A stretch of 64,000 nucleotides of DNA from a virus (lineage: Duplodnaviria; Heunggongvirae; Uroviricota; Caudoviricetes), in IMG/VR virus record IMGVR_UViG_3300026302_000005, positions 145,301 to 209,300 of that record, one strand, 5' to 3'. Shown piece by piece: positions 8,557 through 19,422 of the stretch. A program made the translations under genes and the position numbers. The stretch's first letter is position 1. Each line of letters starts with the position of its first letter. The notes beneath the pieces are model-generated. The model was given only the letters and a program-made list of their open reading frames with translations, made no database searches and was not told the DNA's origin.

Positions 8557-10940
8557 AGTTCATATCCCATGACGTAGGCCGACACAACCAATCCACCGAA
8601 TGTTCCCAAAGCCGGGGAGTTCACTTGTAGGGTGATGGTGTTAACCGAGTTTGGCGTCTCTGCTCCCTGGTCGGGATCGATATACACGGCCTGATCGCCC
8701 GCACCGGCAGGACCCCAAGTCAGTGTGGCGTTGTTGACAATCTGATCAAAGATTGGTCCACCAGTTCCGACCGATACCACCGGGTCAATCGGGCTCACCC
8801 CCGGGCTGTAGGAGGACGTAACCAGAATGATCTTGGTGATGATGTGTTGCTTACCCAGCGGGAGCGTGTAGATCGGGAATGTCTGTCCAATCACTGCGGC
8901 AACCAAATTGATACCGGTGATCGACCCCAACACTCGCTGAACAGCTAGGCCGTTCAGGTAGTTCAGGGTTACTGCGTCCTGTGGATCGGTTGGATCGACG
9001 ACGTTTTTGACCTGTTTGGTGTGTGCATCGATCTGGGTTGCCGTGACGGAAAGCTCGTTCACCCCGGCGAATGAGAACCGAAGTCCACCGCCATTGACCC
9101 ACATACCTGCGTCAGGGTTGCCGACGAATGAATACGATGGGGTAGCTGCTGCTGGGGTGGCAGTTGTCCGAATCAGTGGGGCCCGTCCACCCAGGGTGGA
9201 TTGGTAGTCAGCCGTAGTCCACGCATGGACGCCCACGGTGAGTGGTAGAGCGGTGTTGATGATCTGGTTACCGGCCATATCGAGATCGCCCAACATGGTT
9301 TGCGATCCATCCCGGGCCAGTTTCTCTGTGTCGAGTTCGGTGATCGCACCCTGAACGTTGATCGATGTGATGTTTCCGCCCGGGAGGTTTGTGATTTGAA
9401 CAGCGGAATAGTCACCCGACGCCGAAATGACGTTGCCTGTGCGACCAAACACGCTGCGAACCGCTGCTGGAAGCAGGTTGTAAGCACCACCGGTGTTGTT
9501 CCAAGTCAACACGAATCCGTCTTCCGCCACACCCGGTGAACCCGTGATGACATCGCTGAGATCATTCAGAGCTATTGTCGATGATGGCAGGTTGATCAGG
9601 TCGTTGTAGTCGCCAGAGATGGCTACCAATGCCAGTCCGAGGTTACCCTGGGCGGCAGCGATGTTGGTTAGGTCGGCAAGGTTGCTTGAGGTTTGAAGGT
9701 AGCGGGTATCGTTATAGTTGCGATCACCCACATGAGTTCCGGCAGTCGGTGCAGCCGGGTTAGACAGGATGTTTCCACCCATGCTGAGGTCGCCCGTCAT
9801 GGGATCGTTGGTGCCATCCAGTCGCAGATATACGGTGTTGGCAAATGTCGTGGTGATCGCCGATAGTGGGGTTCCGGGAACAGCCGGGAGGTTGGCCAGA
9901 TCGGACCCACCGAAATCAACAGTGGTATTGGTGAACACATACGGCGTTCCATCAATATCCAGTGTCAGTTCGCCTGCTACGGAGTTATCCATAAAGGTCA
10001 GTCCACCCGCATCCAACACGATGGGGTTGCCGTCCATGTCGATGACCCCGGCCATAACACCACCGGACAGCGGTAGGAACTGGGTATCGACATAGTTCTT
10101 GGTAGCTGCATCTTGTGGGGCCAAAGGATCGAGCAGGCTGGTGATTGCTGCACCATCCATATCAAGACCGGTGATGGTCCATGTGTATTCGACACCAGAT
10201 ACGTTCAACACTACGGTGTCATCGACCAGAGCATTCAGACTGGTATCCCCGTCGATGTCGAGAACGATAGTGTTCCCGTTCATATCGATGGGGCCCAACA
10301 TGGTTCCGCCGATCAACGGCAGGAATGAACCGGTTCCGAGGACTGCGGCGTCCACATAGTTCTTTGTGGCGACATCCTGGGGGTTGACCGGGTTCAGGGC
10401 GTTGATACCGCGTTGACCGTTGAAGCTGAGGCTTTGTGTCGGTGGTAGAAGATCAGCGAATTCGTATCCGGTGCCGATGGTTCCATTCAGCACGTCAGCA
10501 ATGAGTTCGACCGATCCCACACCAACACCGGTGGAGACGATCATCTGACCGGCAGCAGTGAAATCGAGGTTGGAATATGCCGCATCGATTTGAACCTGAA
10601 TCGGCCCGGTCACACCAATCAGGTGGTTGATTTCGACAGCCGTGGCGTTGACCTGTGACAGTTTTTGTAGATCGGCCTGGGTCAATCCGAATGCGTTCAT
10701 ACCGGCCAGCAAGTTCAGGTCGAGACCACTGACGAAGACGTTGGCGATACCAACAGGGCCAGCAGAGTCGTTCAGCTTGCCATCCAGGATGCCCTGGAGA
10801 CCGATAACACTGGTGATCGGAATACTGCCACCGCCACCCATACCGGCCCCACAGGGGTGGTTCAGGATCAGTGGGGGTGTGGTAAGGCTGGTTTCGTAGC
10901 TGGCACTTGCGCATACCCCAGAATTGATTGTAACGGACAT
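8553..10940 (-). CDS. Virion structural/fibre-like protein
   Basis: 795 aa with repeated PxxPQDxxTxNYV/L and FLPLxGGxMxG motifs and VRSVFGRTG. Confidence 0.75.
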   Translation of the reverse strand: MSVTINSGVCASASYETSLTTPPLILNHPCGAGMGGGGSIPITSVIGLQGILDGKLNDSAGPVGIANVFVSGLDLNLLAGMNAFGLTQADLQKLSQVNATAVEINHLIGVTGPIQVQIDAAYSNLDFTAAGQMIVSTGVGVGSVELIADVLNGTIGTGYEFADLLPPTQSLSFNGQRGINALNPVNPQDVATKNYVDAAVLGTGSFLPLIGGTMLGPIDMNGNTIVLDIDGDTSLNALVDDTVVLNVSGVEYTWTITGLDMDGAAITSLLDPLAPQDAATKNYVDTQFLPLSGGVMAGVIDMDGNPIVLDAGGLTFMDNSVAGELTLDIDGTPYVFTNTTVDFGGSDLANLPAVPGTPLSAITTTFANTVYLRLDGTNDPMTGDLSMGGNILSNPAAPTAGTHVGDRNYNDTRYLQTSSNLADLTNIAAAQGNLGLALVAISGDYNDLINLPSSTIALNDLSDVITGSPGVAEDGFVLTWNNTGGAYNLLPAAVRSVFGRTGNVISASGDYSAVQITNLPGGNITSINVQGAITELDTEKLARDGSQTMLGDLDMAGNQIINTALPLTVGVHAWTTADYQSTLGGRAPLIRTTATPAAATPSYSFVGNPDAGMWVNGGGLRFSFAGVNELSVTATQIDAHTKQVKNVVDPTDPQDAVTLNYLNGLAVQRVLGSITGINLVAAVIGQTFPIYTLPLGKQHIITKIILVTSSYSPGVSPIDPVVSVGTGGPIFDQIVNNATLTWGPAGAGDQAVYIDPDQGAETPNSVNTITLQVNSPALGTFGGLVVSAYVMGYEL

Positions 10941-10946
10941 TGGCGA

Positions 10947-11570
10947 TTACCTCAGCATTGCGATGTTTGTGATGGCACCGGCCCGGAAGGTCCCCGGAGT
11001 GATGCCGATGTCGTTCAGAGGAGTTCCAACCACGTTCGCCAGGATCAGCGGAGTTCCGTCCGTCCGATAGATGCGAAGAACCGTCGGGGTGGGGGTGTCA
11101 GCGAAGATGATACCGGTCAATTGGATGGCCGGGGTTCCATTGATGGCGTTGGCTACCAATGAGGCGGTATCGCCGAGGCTCACGTTCACCGTGATACCGT
11201 TGATCGTGAACGATCCGTTTGCAGATACCGACGAGCCACCCACACCGTGTGCGGCTGACCAGTAGTTACCAGTGCGACAGATCACTCGAATGGATGAGAA
11301 CTCCCCTTCGGCCTCATAGGACCAGGTTCCGCCCTCGTTATCGATAATCATCTCGGCGATGTCGAACCACAGGGTTGTCTGATCGGTTTTTCCAGGATCA
11401 CCAACACTGGCTTGAACATGAATGGTTCCGGTGAACGGGCGGGCAGGATCACACTGGAATGCCATCCGCTGGACAGCATTCTGATCGCGGCTACGCTTGG
11501 ATGCCGGGACCTTTGGATTCTCGGTGACACCGCTGATCCCACCAAGATTTTCGTAAGTTAGTGCTACCAT
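10947..11570 (-). CDS. Putative structural protein
   Basis: 207 aa; TAAATA at 11594-11599 on the minus strand and AAGGA SD. Confidence 0.7.
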   Translation of the reverse strand: MVALTYENLGGISGVTENPKVPASKRSRDQNAVQRMAFQCDPARPFTGTIHVQASVGDPGKTDQTTLWFDIAEMIIDNEGGTWSYEAEGEFSSIRVICRTGNYWSAAHGVGGSSVSANGSFTINGITVNVSLGDTASLVANAINGTPAIQLTGIIFADTPTPTVLRIYRTDGTPLILANVVGTPLNDIGITPGTFRAGAITNIAMLR

Positions 11571-11596
11571 GACCTGTTTTCCTTATTCATCCGTAT

Positions 11597-12094
11597 TTAT
11601 GACCTGGGAAAGCGGATCAGTTCCGCAATCGGCATACTGGCAGCATGATCCATCTGAATAACCCCAAACCGGCCACCTTTGGAACTGATCTGCATCGGAA
11701 ATACCTGGTCTTCATCATTCACAGCAAACAACGACCAGTAGAGACGATTGCCGAATATGTGATTCCCCAGGAGGAGCGTGTCGGCCTCTGACAACAGCAT
11801 TTCGACCTCTGATGCATAGGGATCATCTATCAATAGTCGCTTGTTCAGCAGGATTTCGGATTGCCCTTGGCTGATTGTTGCCGATGCCGATGGGGTCGAT
11901 TTCCAAACCACGAACTGTAGGGTGAAACGCCGTAGGTTCAACGGAACCCCATCCTGATTTCCAAATGAAAAAACAATGACTTCCGTCATACTTGGGGTAA
12001 TTCGAAACTCCCCGTCGGCCAGTCGATTCTGACGCCCCGGAAGCTGCACCTGGACACGCGGAACGTTGTATTGGATGTTGTAGGTGGTGGACAT
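11597..12094 (-). CDS. Hypothetical late protein
   Basis: 165 aa; minus-strand TAAATA at 12122-12127. Confidence 0.7.
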   Translation of the reverse strand: MSTTYNIQYNVPRVQVQLPGRQNRLADGEFRITPSMTEVIVFSFGNQDGVPLNLRRFTLQFVVWKSTPSASATISQGQSEILLNKRLLIDDPYASEVEMLLSEADTLLLGNHIFGNRLYWSLFAVNDEDQVFPMQISSKGGRFGVIQMDHAASMPIAELIRFPRS

Positions 12095-12169
12095 TCGGGG
12101 TTTCTTCCTTGATGATCCTTGTATTTATCGGTAGATACCCTCACCGAGCAACTATATGAAAGTTACCTT

Positions 12170-12637
12170 ATGAAGCGATTCCTCGCCACCATTTTGCTGT
12201 CTCTGACGCTGACTACCCCAACCCTAGCCAAGGATTGCTCCAAGCAAGATTCGGCTGTTCAATGCCTCGCCTGCAACATCTATCATGAGGCTCGTGGCGA
12301 AGACCTCCGTGGTATGATGGCCGTGGCCCTTGTGACCGTAAACCGGATGGAGTCGGGTGAGTTCCCCGATTCGATATGCCGAGTGGTGTGGCAGTCTGGG
12401 CCGCAATTCTCCTGGACCCAGGATGGAGAGAGTGACCAGATGAGTGAACCAGGACCAGCACGTCAATCCATGCAAGTGGCATTGATGGTTCTTGCGAATA
12501 CCGATGCCCATTACGAAACAACCGGGTTGAATCCCAACGTCATGTGGTTCCACAACGGATCGGTGAAGCCCGACTGGATGAGACGTTTTGATCGTGTGGC
12601 ACGGATTGGAGGGCATACCTTCTATGAAAAACCCTGA
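12170..12637 (+). CDS. SleB-like cell wall hydrolase (Hydrolase_2) with signal peptide
   Basis: MKRFLATILLSL signal; CLACNIYHEARGE, VTVNR, FPDSICRVV, QFSW, IGGHTFY. Confidence 0.9.
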   Translation: MKRFLATILLSLTLTTPTLAKDCSKQDSAVQCLACNIYHEARGEDLRGMMAVALVTVNRMESGEFPDSICRVVWQSGPQFSWTQDGESDQMSEPGPARQSMQVALMVLANTDAHYETTGLNPNVMWFHNGSVKPDWMRRFDRVARIGGHTFYEKP

Positions 12638-12702
12638 TAGTTCCAGCAATGTGGTCCGAGTGGCTAAATATCAACGATACTTCTCGGCTGGAGGAAACCG
12701 CT

Positions 12703-13344
12703 ATGCCCATTAACTTCACGACCAACATCGCTCCGTTGTATGCAACCAACGTGATCACCGATGCTGCTTATCTCGCCATCCCGACCACTCGTCGCAACAA
12801 CACCTTTGAGCAAAACGTATTGACTCAGATCGAAGTCACTCGTGCTATGATGGAGTCGCTTCGTGATGAAGACCAGGCCCGGATGTTCCACTACGCCATG
12901 AGCCGCATGCTCGCTGGTGTTGCAATCGACCGCATCTATGATGATCTGACCGTCAAAGTGTCTGGCAATGTGGCACAGCCTCAACTGGCTGCTGTCAACG
13001 GCGATACCATTCGAGTGATCACCGCCACCGGCACCAACAACATCACGTTGGCTGGTGCTCCGTTCGCTTCGGCAGACGCTCTGGCAACCGCGATCAACTC
13101 TGGCTTCACCACGGTAACCCAAGTTCGTGCATTCGCCGTGAATGGTCGCATCGAGTTCCGCAACGTCACGCCGCACATTGGTGTCGAGTTCACTCTTGGT
13201 TATCACACCACCGGCACCCGTCTTCTGGACAAGCTCGGTATTGAAGCTGCAACCTATCGTAACCCGGTTGCTGCTCGTGCCAATGCTTCTCGTGATGATG
13301 CCCTGTCGCACTTCCAGCGTGTGGCTAACCCGCTGAACCCGTAA
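12703..13344 (+). CDS. Putative virion structural protein
   Basis: TAAATA 12665, GGAGG SD, ATG 12703; strong terminator follows. Confidence 0.7.
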   Translation: MPINFTTNIAPLYATNVITDAAYLAIPTTRRNNTFEQNVLTQIEVTRAMMESLRDEDQARMFHYAMSRMLAGVAIDRIYDDLTVKVSGNVAQPQLAAVNGDTIRVITATGTNNITLAGAPFASADALATAINSGFTTVTQVRAFAVNGRIEFRNVTPHIGVEFTLGYHTTGTRLLDKLGIEAATYRNPVAARANASRDDALSHFQRVANPLNP

Positions 13345-13362
13345 TCCGGTTCAACCCGTTTT

Positions 13363-13392
13363 GAAAAAGCCGTCCTTCGGGGCGGCTTTTTT
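13363..13392 (+). terminator. Intrinsic terminator
   Basis: AAAAAGCCGTCC-TTCG-GGGCGGCTTTTT. Confidence 0.85.
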
Positions 13393-13446
13393 CTTGACAT
13401 ATGATCGCAATCCTGTTACCCAAGGGTATCATAAAGGGGGTTGAGA

Positions 13447-13575
13447 ATGAGTCGCATCATCTTTGGTCTGATCGTAGTGGCATCGTTCTTGGTGGGCTTC
13501 ATGCTTCACCGCTGGGCATGCGACACGTTTTTCCCCAATATTGGAACCGCATCCTGCATCATCATGCTTCAATAA
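13447..13575 (+). CDS. Small membrane protein (42 aa, not in ORF track)
   Basis: MSRIIFGLIVVASFLVGFMLHRW...; downstream of TTGACA 13394. Confidence 0.55.
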   Translation: MSRIIFGLIVVASFLVGFMLHRWACDTFFPNIGTASCIIMLQ

Positions 13576-13585
13576 GGGGATCACC

Positions 13586-14029
13586 ATGAGCACGACCTAT
13601 TACAGCCAGATCATCTATGGTTTACCGTTGGAACATCGCCGGGTGACCAAGCACATCACCCGATATGACGAAAAGACCGGCAAGCCCTACCAGAAGCAGG
13701 TATCGGAGCGGGCCTGGGTGATTCCCGACAGCAAGCCGATGATCGAGGTCCATGTCGATTACGACGAGACCCTCCACAGCGGTATTGAAGATTTCGATGA
13801 GCTTACGGAACAGCTTTTCCATGGCGACACAGACTACTACTGTGCCGTCGGCATCGCCGTGACCGCAGCCGTCGCTCACGATGATGACGCGGTTGAATTG
13901 AACCCCGTGGTCGATGTGGTCGCTCTTCGTGAGTTGCTCCAGGATTTGGCATCCCACCGGTTCAGCCCCGAAGCGGTCGATGAAATCATGAAGCGGGCCA
14001 AGCTGTTCTTGATCTCTTACGCAAACTGA
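13586..14029 (+). CDS. Hypothetical protein
   Basis: GGGG SD, ATG 13586. Confidence 0.7.
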   Translation: MSTTYYSQIIYGLPLEHRRVTKHITRYDEKTGKPYQKQVSERAWVIPDSKPMIEVHVDYDETLHSGIEDFDELTEQLFHGDTDYYCAVGIAVTAAVAHDDDAVELNPVVDVVALRELLQDLASHRFSPEAVDEIMKRAKLFLISYAN

Positions 14030-14043
14030 GATACTTCTGCTGA

Positions 14044-14529
14044 ATGGACAACTGGTTTCCCACATACGGAAGGGTCATTTATGACCCCGACCGGGGCCGC
14101 ATGAAGAGCGGCACCGAATGGTGGTGCATTATCGAACTGGAAAATCCTGAGATTGCGGACTACTATCGGTGGATGATCGACCGATATTGGTGGGATGCCG
14201 ATAGTAGCCCGGTCAAGCGATCCTATGTGAAATCTCCACACGATCCCCATGTCAGTTTGATTCGGGGGGAGCAGCCTATCAAGAACCAACATCTGTGGGG
14301 GGTCTATCGGGCCAACCAGCGGGTGCGGTTGTGGTATAACAACGACATTCGTCAGACCCTGTTGCGTGGGCCCGAGGCCACCGATAAGTTTTGGTTCGTC
14401 GAGGCCCGATGGAAGTTCTACCTCAGTATGAGACGGATGTTTGGTTTGGCCACAGAGTGGGAAGGAAGGAAATATCGCCCACACTTGACGGTTGCCCAGA
14501 CTCACATCTTGACACCGACCCAGGCATAG
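14044..14529 (+). CDS. 2H phosphoesterase superfamily protein
   Basis: Two HxS/T motifs, PHVSL and PHLTV, about 77 aa apart. Confidence 0.75.
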   Translation: MDNWFPTYGRVIYDPDRGRMKSGTEWWCIIELENPEIADYYRWMIDRYWWDADSSPVKRSYVKSPHDPHVSLIRGEQPIKNQHLWGVYRANQRVRLWYNNDIRQTLLRGPEATDKFWFVEARWKFYLSMRRMFGLATEWEGRKYRPHLTVAQTHILTPTQA

Positions 14530-14558
14530 ATTAGGTTCCCTGAACCACAGGAACCAGC

Positions 14559-15548
14559 ATGAGCAGAATTTTCGATGAGTTTCAGACATTGGTGATGTCG
14601 AGGCCCAACTACCGGGCACACGACTATACCAACATCAACTGTCCCGCCTGTGGGGACAGACGGAAGCGTGGTGGCTTCCGTCCGACTCCGACTGGTGGCT
14701 TTCGCTATAACTGCTTCAACGGTGGATGTGAGTTCACTACCCCAACTGGTTGGGAACCCGGCAACGGCCTGGGCGGCAGAGTTCGTCAACTGTTCGATCT
14801 TCTTGGTGGATCAATCGGTAACATCCCGTTGACAGAATTGGTTCCTACACGAGACTCCAAACTCCCAGGCGATACCAAGCAAGATCGATTGGAAGTCGCG
14901 ACGAAATTTCCGGAAGTCAAGATGCCCCCGGGCACCATGATGCTTGAAGAAGCCCTTGCGGCTGATCCACGTGCAGAACCGGTGTTCGACTATCTGATGA
15001 CACGAAGCCCCATGTTTGCAGAGGTAGACTTTCCATTCATGTGGTCTCCCACGCACCCAGACCACCTGCTAGTGCCGTATCTGCATTTCAGCAACACTAT
15101 CGTCGGCTATATGGGCCGGAGCATCAAGGCCACCAAAGGGTCCGAACGGTTCATCCAGCGAGTCGCCACCAACTACATGTTCAATCAGCATACCCTAAAG
15201 GGTCGATCACAGAAGTTCGTCTATGTCATGGAATCTCCACTCGATGCCATTCTCATGCAAGGTGTCGCCACCCGCGAAAGCCGATTGACACAGAAACAGA
15301 TCAACCTGTTGCGGTTGACATCGAGCCAGCCGGTGTTGATTCCGGATCACAAGCCTGTTGAGTCCGAGCCGTATCTGAAAGCCGCCGAAGCCAACGACTG
15401 GTTTGTGTCAGTTCCCGACTGGCCGCATAAGGATGTTGGTGAAGCAATTCAACGAATGGGGTTGCTAAATGCGGTCACAGCAATTACCTCTGCTATGACA
15501 AAGAACTACCACTATGCCCGAGCCCGGATCGGACTAGGAAACCCTTGA
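14559..15548 (+). CDS. DNA primase (T4 gp61-like)
   Basis: Zn motif NCPACGD..YNCFNGGC; TOPRIM-like VMESPLDA and IPD; adjacent to the helicase. Confidence 0.85.
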   Translation: MSRIFDEFQTLVMSRPNYRAHDYTNINCPACGDRRKRGGFRPTPTGGFRYNCFNGGCEFTTPTGWEPGNGLGGRVRQLFDLLGGSIGNIPLTELVPTRDSKLPGDTKQDRLEVATKFPEVKMPPGTMMLEEALAADPRAEPVFDYLMTRSPMFAEVDFPFMWSPTHPDHLLVPYLHFSNTIVGYMGRSIKATKGSERFIQRVATNYMFNQHTLKGRSQKFVYVMESPLDAILMQGVATRESRLTQKQINLLRLTSSQPVLIPDHKPVESEPYLKAAEANDWFVSVPDWPHKDVGEAIQRMGLLNAVTAITSAMTKNYHYARARIGLGNP

Positions 15549-15552
15549 TTCC

Positions 15553-17112
15553 ATGACAGATGAGTTTGACTATCCAGAAGATGACGATGGACCGGTGATT
15601 GATTTCTCCGACGTCTACGTCAATACCAAACCAAAGAGTGAATTTGGATCGGCTGTCATCGAGGATGATGATGGTCCTGAGAGCGGTTATGGACAAGACG
15701 TCAACGCAACCGAACACATGCTGCTGTCGTATCTGGCAGCGAACCATGACCTATGGATCAGATGTGCCAGTGTCTTGAAGGCGGAGTATTTCTCCCCTGA
15801 AATGAAGCCTGTCGTCGATCTGTTGCGATCATACGAAACCAAAAACCAGACCATGCCCAGCACACTGGTTATTCGTGCTGATACTGGCATCTCCCTGGAA
15901 ACCCCAGTGGACACCGACCACAGTCTGGTCATGGATGATGTAGCCAACCGGGTCGAAGAGTTCTGTCGATTCCGTGCCGCTGGAGACTTCCTGCTAGAGA
16001 CGGCCACGATCATGCAGGAAGATCGGTCCAGGTCTACCATGCAATTTCTGGTGGCAGAGATGGCCAGGATCGCATCGATCAGTGTCCAGCAAGACCTGGG
16101 ATATGAAGTCCACACCGATGCCGCCAAACTGCTCGAAGAAGCAAAGAACTCCGATGCTCTACCGATTGGCTATCACTTCTTGGATGAAGCCCTGAATGGC
16201 GGGGTGACCAAGCCCAGCTACAACATTGTGTCAGCAAGCTCTGGCCAGGGCAAATCGATCTTCCTGCAAAACACCGCTCTGAACTATGCCCGACAGGGGC
16301 ACAACGTCGTCTACATCAGCCTGGAGCTTCCAGAATTTATGCTGGAAAAGCGGTTCGCCGCAATGATGACCGACACCAGCATCCACAAGATTTATCAGAA
16401 TCTGGATGCAGTGCTGTTGAAGATGAAGCGGAGCCGTGCCCGAGAGGGGAAGATACAGATCAAGCGGATGCCTATGAATGGCACAAGCATGGCGGATATC
16501 CGGGCTTATGTGGCAGAACTGCGGTCTTCGACTGGTGAAGTCTGGGAACACATCATGCTGGACTATCCCGACCTGATGCAACCCGTCCAGCCTGGTATCC
16601 GCCTTGACAACATCCACCTGAGGGATCAGGCCGTATCCCAGGAAATCTATGACTGGGCCCACGAAAAGGGATCGACCAAGATCGTCTGGGGTGCCTCACA
16701 GCAAACCAAAGGTGCCAAGGAAGAGAAGGAAGCCCGTCAGTCAGGGGTTGCCGGGGGAACCGGTAAGGTCAACACCTGTGACAACCTGGTGATCTTCAAG
16801 CGTAGCCTGGAGGATCAGCGTGAAGGTCGAACCTGGGCATACGTTGAGAAGGGCCGTAATGGTGGCTCCGGCACTCGTATTCCGTTCAAATGGGACAAGG
16901 AAACCCAGAGGATGGATACCGATGAGTCGGATCGGGAACTGTTCGATAAGGCCAATCGCCCACCAGAGGATGGGGATGAAGCCCCCAAGAAGAAGGTTAG
17001 CAACGATCCGCTGGTTCGTGCTAAACAACAGGATGATGCAAGACAGGCCGCTGTGTCACCATCAACCAGTGACATCATACGAAATCGACTGCAACGGGGA
17101 GCCACTAAGTGA
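15553..17112 (+). CDS. Replicative DnaB/gp41-like helicase
   Basis: Walker A ASSGQGKS, YISLEL, LDYPDL, ASQ, KGRNG. Confidence 0.9.
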   Translation: MTDEFDYPEDDDGPVIDFSDVYVNTKPKSEFGSAVIEDDDGPESGYGQDVNATEHMLLSYLAANHDLWIRCASVLKAEYFSPEMKPVVDLLRSYETKNQTMPSTLVIRADTGISLETPVDTDHSLVMDDVANRVEEFCRFRAAGDFLLETATIMQEDRSRSTMQFLVAEMARIASISVQQDLGYEVHTDAAKLLEEAKNSDALPIGYHFLDEALNGGVTKPSYNIVSASSGQGKSIFLQNTALNYARQGHNVVYISLELPEFMLEKRFAAMMTDTSIHKIYQNLDAVLLKMKRSRAREGKIQIKRMPMNGTSMADIRAYVAELRSSTGEVWEHIMLDYPDLMQPVQPGIRLDNIHLRDQAVSQEIYDWAHEKGSTKIVWGASQQTKGAKEEKEARQSGVAGGTGKVNTCDNLVIFKRSLEDQREGRTWAYVEKGRNGGSGTRIPFKWDKETQRMDTDESDRELFDKANRPPEDGDEAPKKKVSNDPLVRAKQQDDARQAAVSPSTSDIIRNRLQRGATK

Positions 17113-17429
17113 GTGAAAGACCAAAAGACGACGGTAGCATGTTCTTCGTGGGGATGAAATTCTTCCCTAACGAAAATCTCAAGCAATCCGAACTGAACCG
17201 GATCGTCATCCATCTGTTCCGTCGCTTCTTCATGAGAGATGGTGCCCCACTAGAAGTCAAAGAGCACGAAAGCAGTATGCTGTCGCTGGTCCAGTTTCTG
17301 GTCGATTTGGACATCCGGCTGACCGAAGAAGCGTTTGCGGAAATCCCGGAAGACCTGAGAAAGTATTTCAAGGTAATCCATCGAGATGGTGTAGAATACC
17401 GTTATGGGCAGAAAGCTCGACGGTTCTGA
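17109..17429 (+). CDS. Hypothetical protein
   Basis: 106-aa ORF overlapping the helicase stop. Confidence 0.7.
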   Translation: MSERPKDDGSMFFVGMKFFPNENLKQSELNRIVIHLFRRFFMRDGAPLEVKEHESSMLSLVQFLVDLDIRLTEEAFAEIPEDLRKYFKVIHRDGVEYRYGQKARRF

Positions 17430-17441
17430 CCAAATACAGTC

Positions 17442-17678
17442 ATGCACACCCGTCGTAGCCTCTTCGAAGAACTATCCCGCTTCTCGGTCTCCACCCTGGA
17501 TACCCGAGGTGAGAACGCATTCAACGTTGCTGTCAAGTTCATGGAACTGATGCAAGAAGAATGCGCCGACGAATATGCCTTCGATCTGATGATGAAAGCC
17601 TGGTTCCGAGCCGTCAAGGATAAAGACTACAGCCGGTTCACCAGGACCTACAACAAATACAAGAAGACCTCAGACTAG
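17442..17678 (+). CDS. Hypothetical protein
   Basis: 78-aa ORF in the operon. Confidence 0.7.
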   Translation: MHTRRSLFEELSRFSVSTLDTRGENAFNVAVKFMELMQEECADEYAFDLMMKAWFRAVKDKDYSRFTRTYNKYKKTSD

Positions 17679-19342
17679 ACATCTCGGGTCCATACCCACC
17701 TGATCTTCCCACAATCCCACACCCGATCATACTCCAGGTTCTCCATCATGACCCTCTCGGTCAATGATGGATCATACTGATCCGGATGCATCCGCTTGAT
17801 ACCACTCTTGCGAAACTTCGACTTGTGGTGTCGGATATTGTTCTTCACGTAGTAATAGTCTGGTGCAATCTCACCATCCTTGTGAAAGCCCAGTTGCTGA
17901 TACGATCCACCCATGAACCACCGATTATCGCTGAAACTCACGATGCTCTCTGGACTATGATTCTTGATGAAGTGCTGGAACAGCTTGCTCATCATCCCGG
18001 GATACATCGCCCCATTCGTGGCGAACCGTTTCAATTCCCATTCATAGCTGGACGTCTGCCGGGTCGGTTCGCCAAATACCATCACCCCCACCAGATCACC
18101 ATTATGGAATGCACCCAAGTGGATCGAACCGGTCGCCGATCCCTGAATGTGATAGGTGTTGAGGAATGCGGCTGAGTCGTGCGGTAGTATCTGTTCCACT
18201 GATAGATGTCGAGCACCGACACCAGTCGGAGCCTTGTCCAGTCTGGTTCTCAAGATCGACTTCACCACGTCAGGTCGGTCAAGCCATTCATCATCGAAGA
18301 TCGTGATCAGATCGATGCCGCGATCCGCCAGGGTCTGCTGCTTGTCCTGGTGGTATTCCTTACCCTTCCCGAAACGTTCTCCATGCCAGTAAAGCCCACA
18401 ATACTCGATTGCCAGGTTCTTGGCCGCAATATACAGGTCCACCTCTTTCGGCGGGATCAACGTCCTGGTATTCCGATCCACTTCATATCCAAGCGACTCG
18501 ATGAAATCACCGATGTCGGTCTCACCCTTGGATATCATCCCAACGCACTTCGGACATCCACTACCTCTGCTATGGGCTTTGGGGGTTTGATGAAACACAC
18601 CGTGCTGATGACATACGATGGCTACTGGTCGTTCTGTATGAACGTATTCGACTAGATCATAGCCATACCGCGACCCATGTGCATGTTGAAATCTATCCAG
18701 GATTTCATCCTGAGTAAAGGTCTTGCTCTCACTCGTTCGTTGAAAGCCACAGTCCGGGCATCCATGTCCATTTTTGTGTGTTCCGTAGGCTTGTTCAAAC
18801 GGTCCATGATCGGGACAGATGATCGTGCCGGGAACGTTTGCCCCCTTGTAGACGAACTGGCTGTAGTCGTAGCGATCTCCATGAACGGATCGAAATTCTT
18901 CGGTCGGATCGAACCCGGCGAGTTGCCGATCACTGGACAGACCACAGATGCGACATCCCCGACCTTTCAGGTGGTTGTCCGGAAGCATATCAAATGCCCC
19001 GTGAATCCGACAGTTGATAGTGACCTTGGATCGATTCGTCGTATACACCGTGGGGGTGTAGTCGTAACGCAATCCGTGGACGGCACGGAACGCTTCGATG
19101 GCCTGCTCCGGACTCTTCCTGCGTTTCTGACCCTTCTCGATCTTCCCGCACTCGGGACAGCCACTCTTCCGGATATGGATCGCCGGGGTCTGTTCAAACG
19201 ATCCATGTTGGGGGCAGTTGATCGTCACCTTGGTGTGCGATCCGTTAAATACAACGCTGGAGTAGTCATAGCGGTCGCCGTGCTTCTTTCGAAACCGAGC
19301 GATCACATCTATGGTGGATGAAGATTTTTGGCCTTTGGGCAC
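17675..19342 (-). mobile_element. Free-standing Hef-like homing endonuclease gene (DUF723-type Zn repeats, PD-(D/E)XK-like nuclease, GNAT-like C-terminus)
   Basis: Four HGxRYxY..CxxHGxF..H..GCxxC repeats; EVDLYI..LAIEYCGLYWH; C-terminal HIQG..LVGVMVF..ELKRFA. GTG start with GGAG SD; antisense to neighbours. Confidence 0.7.
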
Positions 19343-19422
19343 GATTTTGAACTCCAGACGTAAATAGATGTGTAACCAACCACGGGGAATCAACTGCCCC
19401 GTCCACAACAAGGAATATAGAC

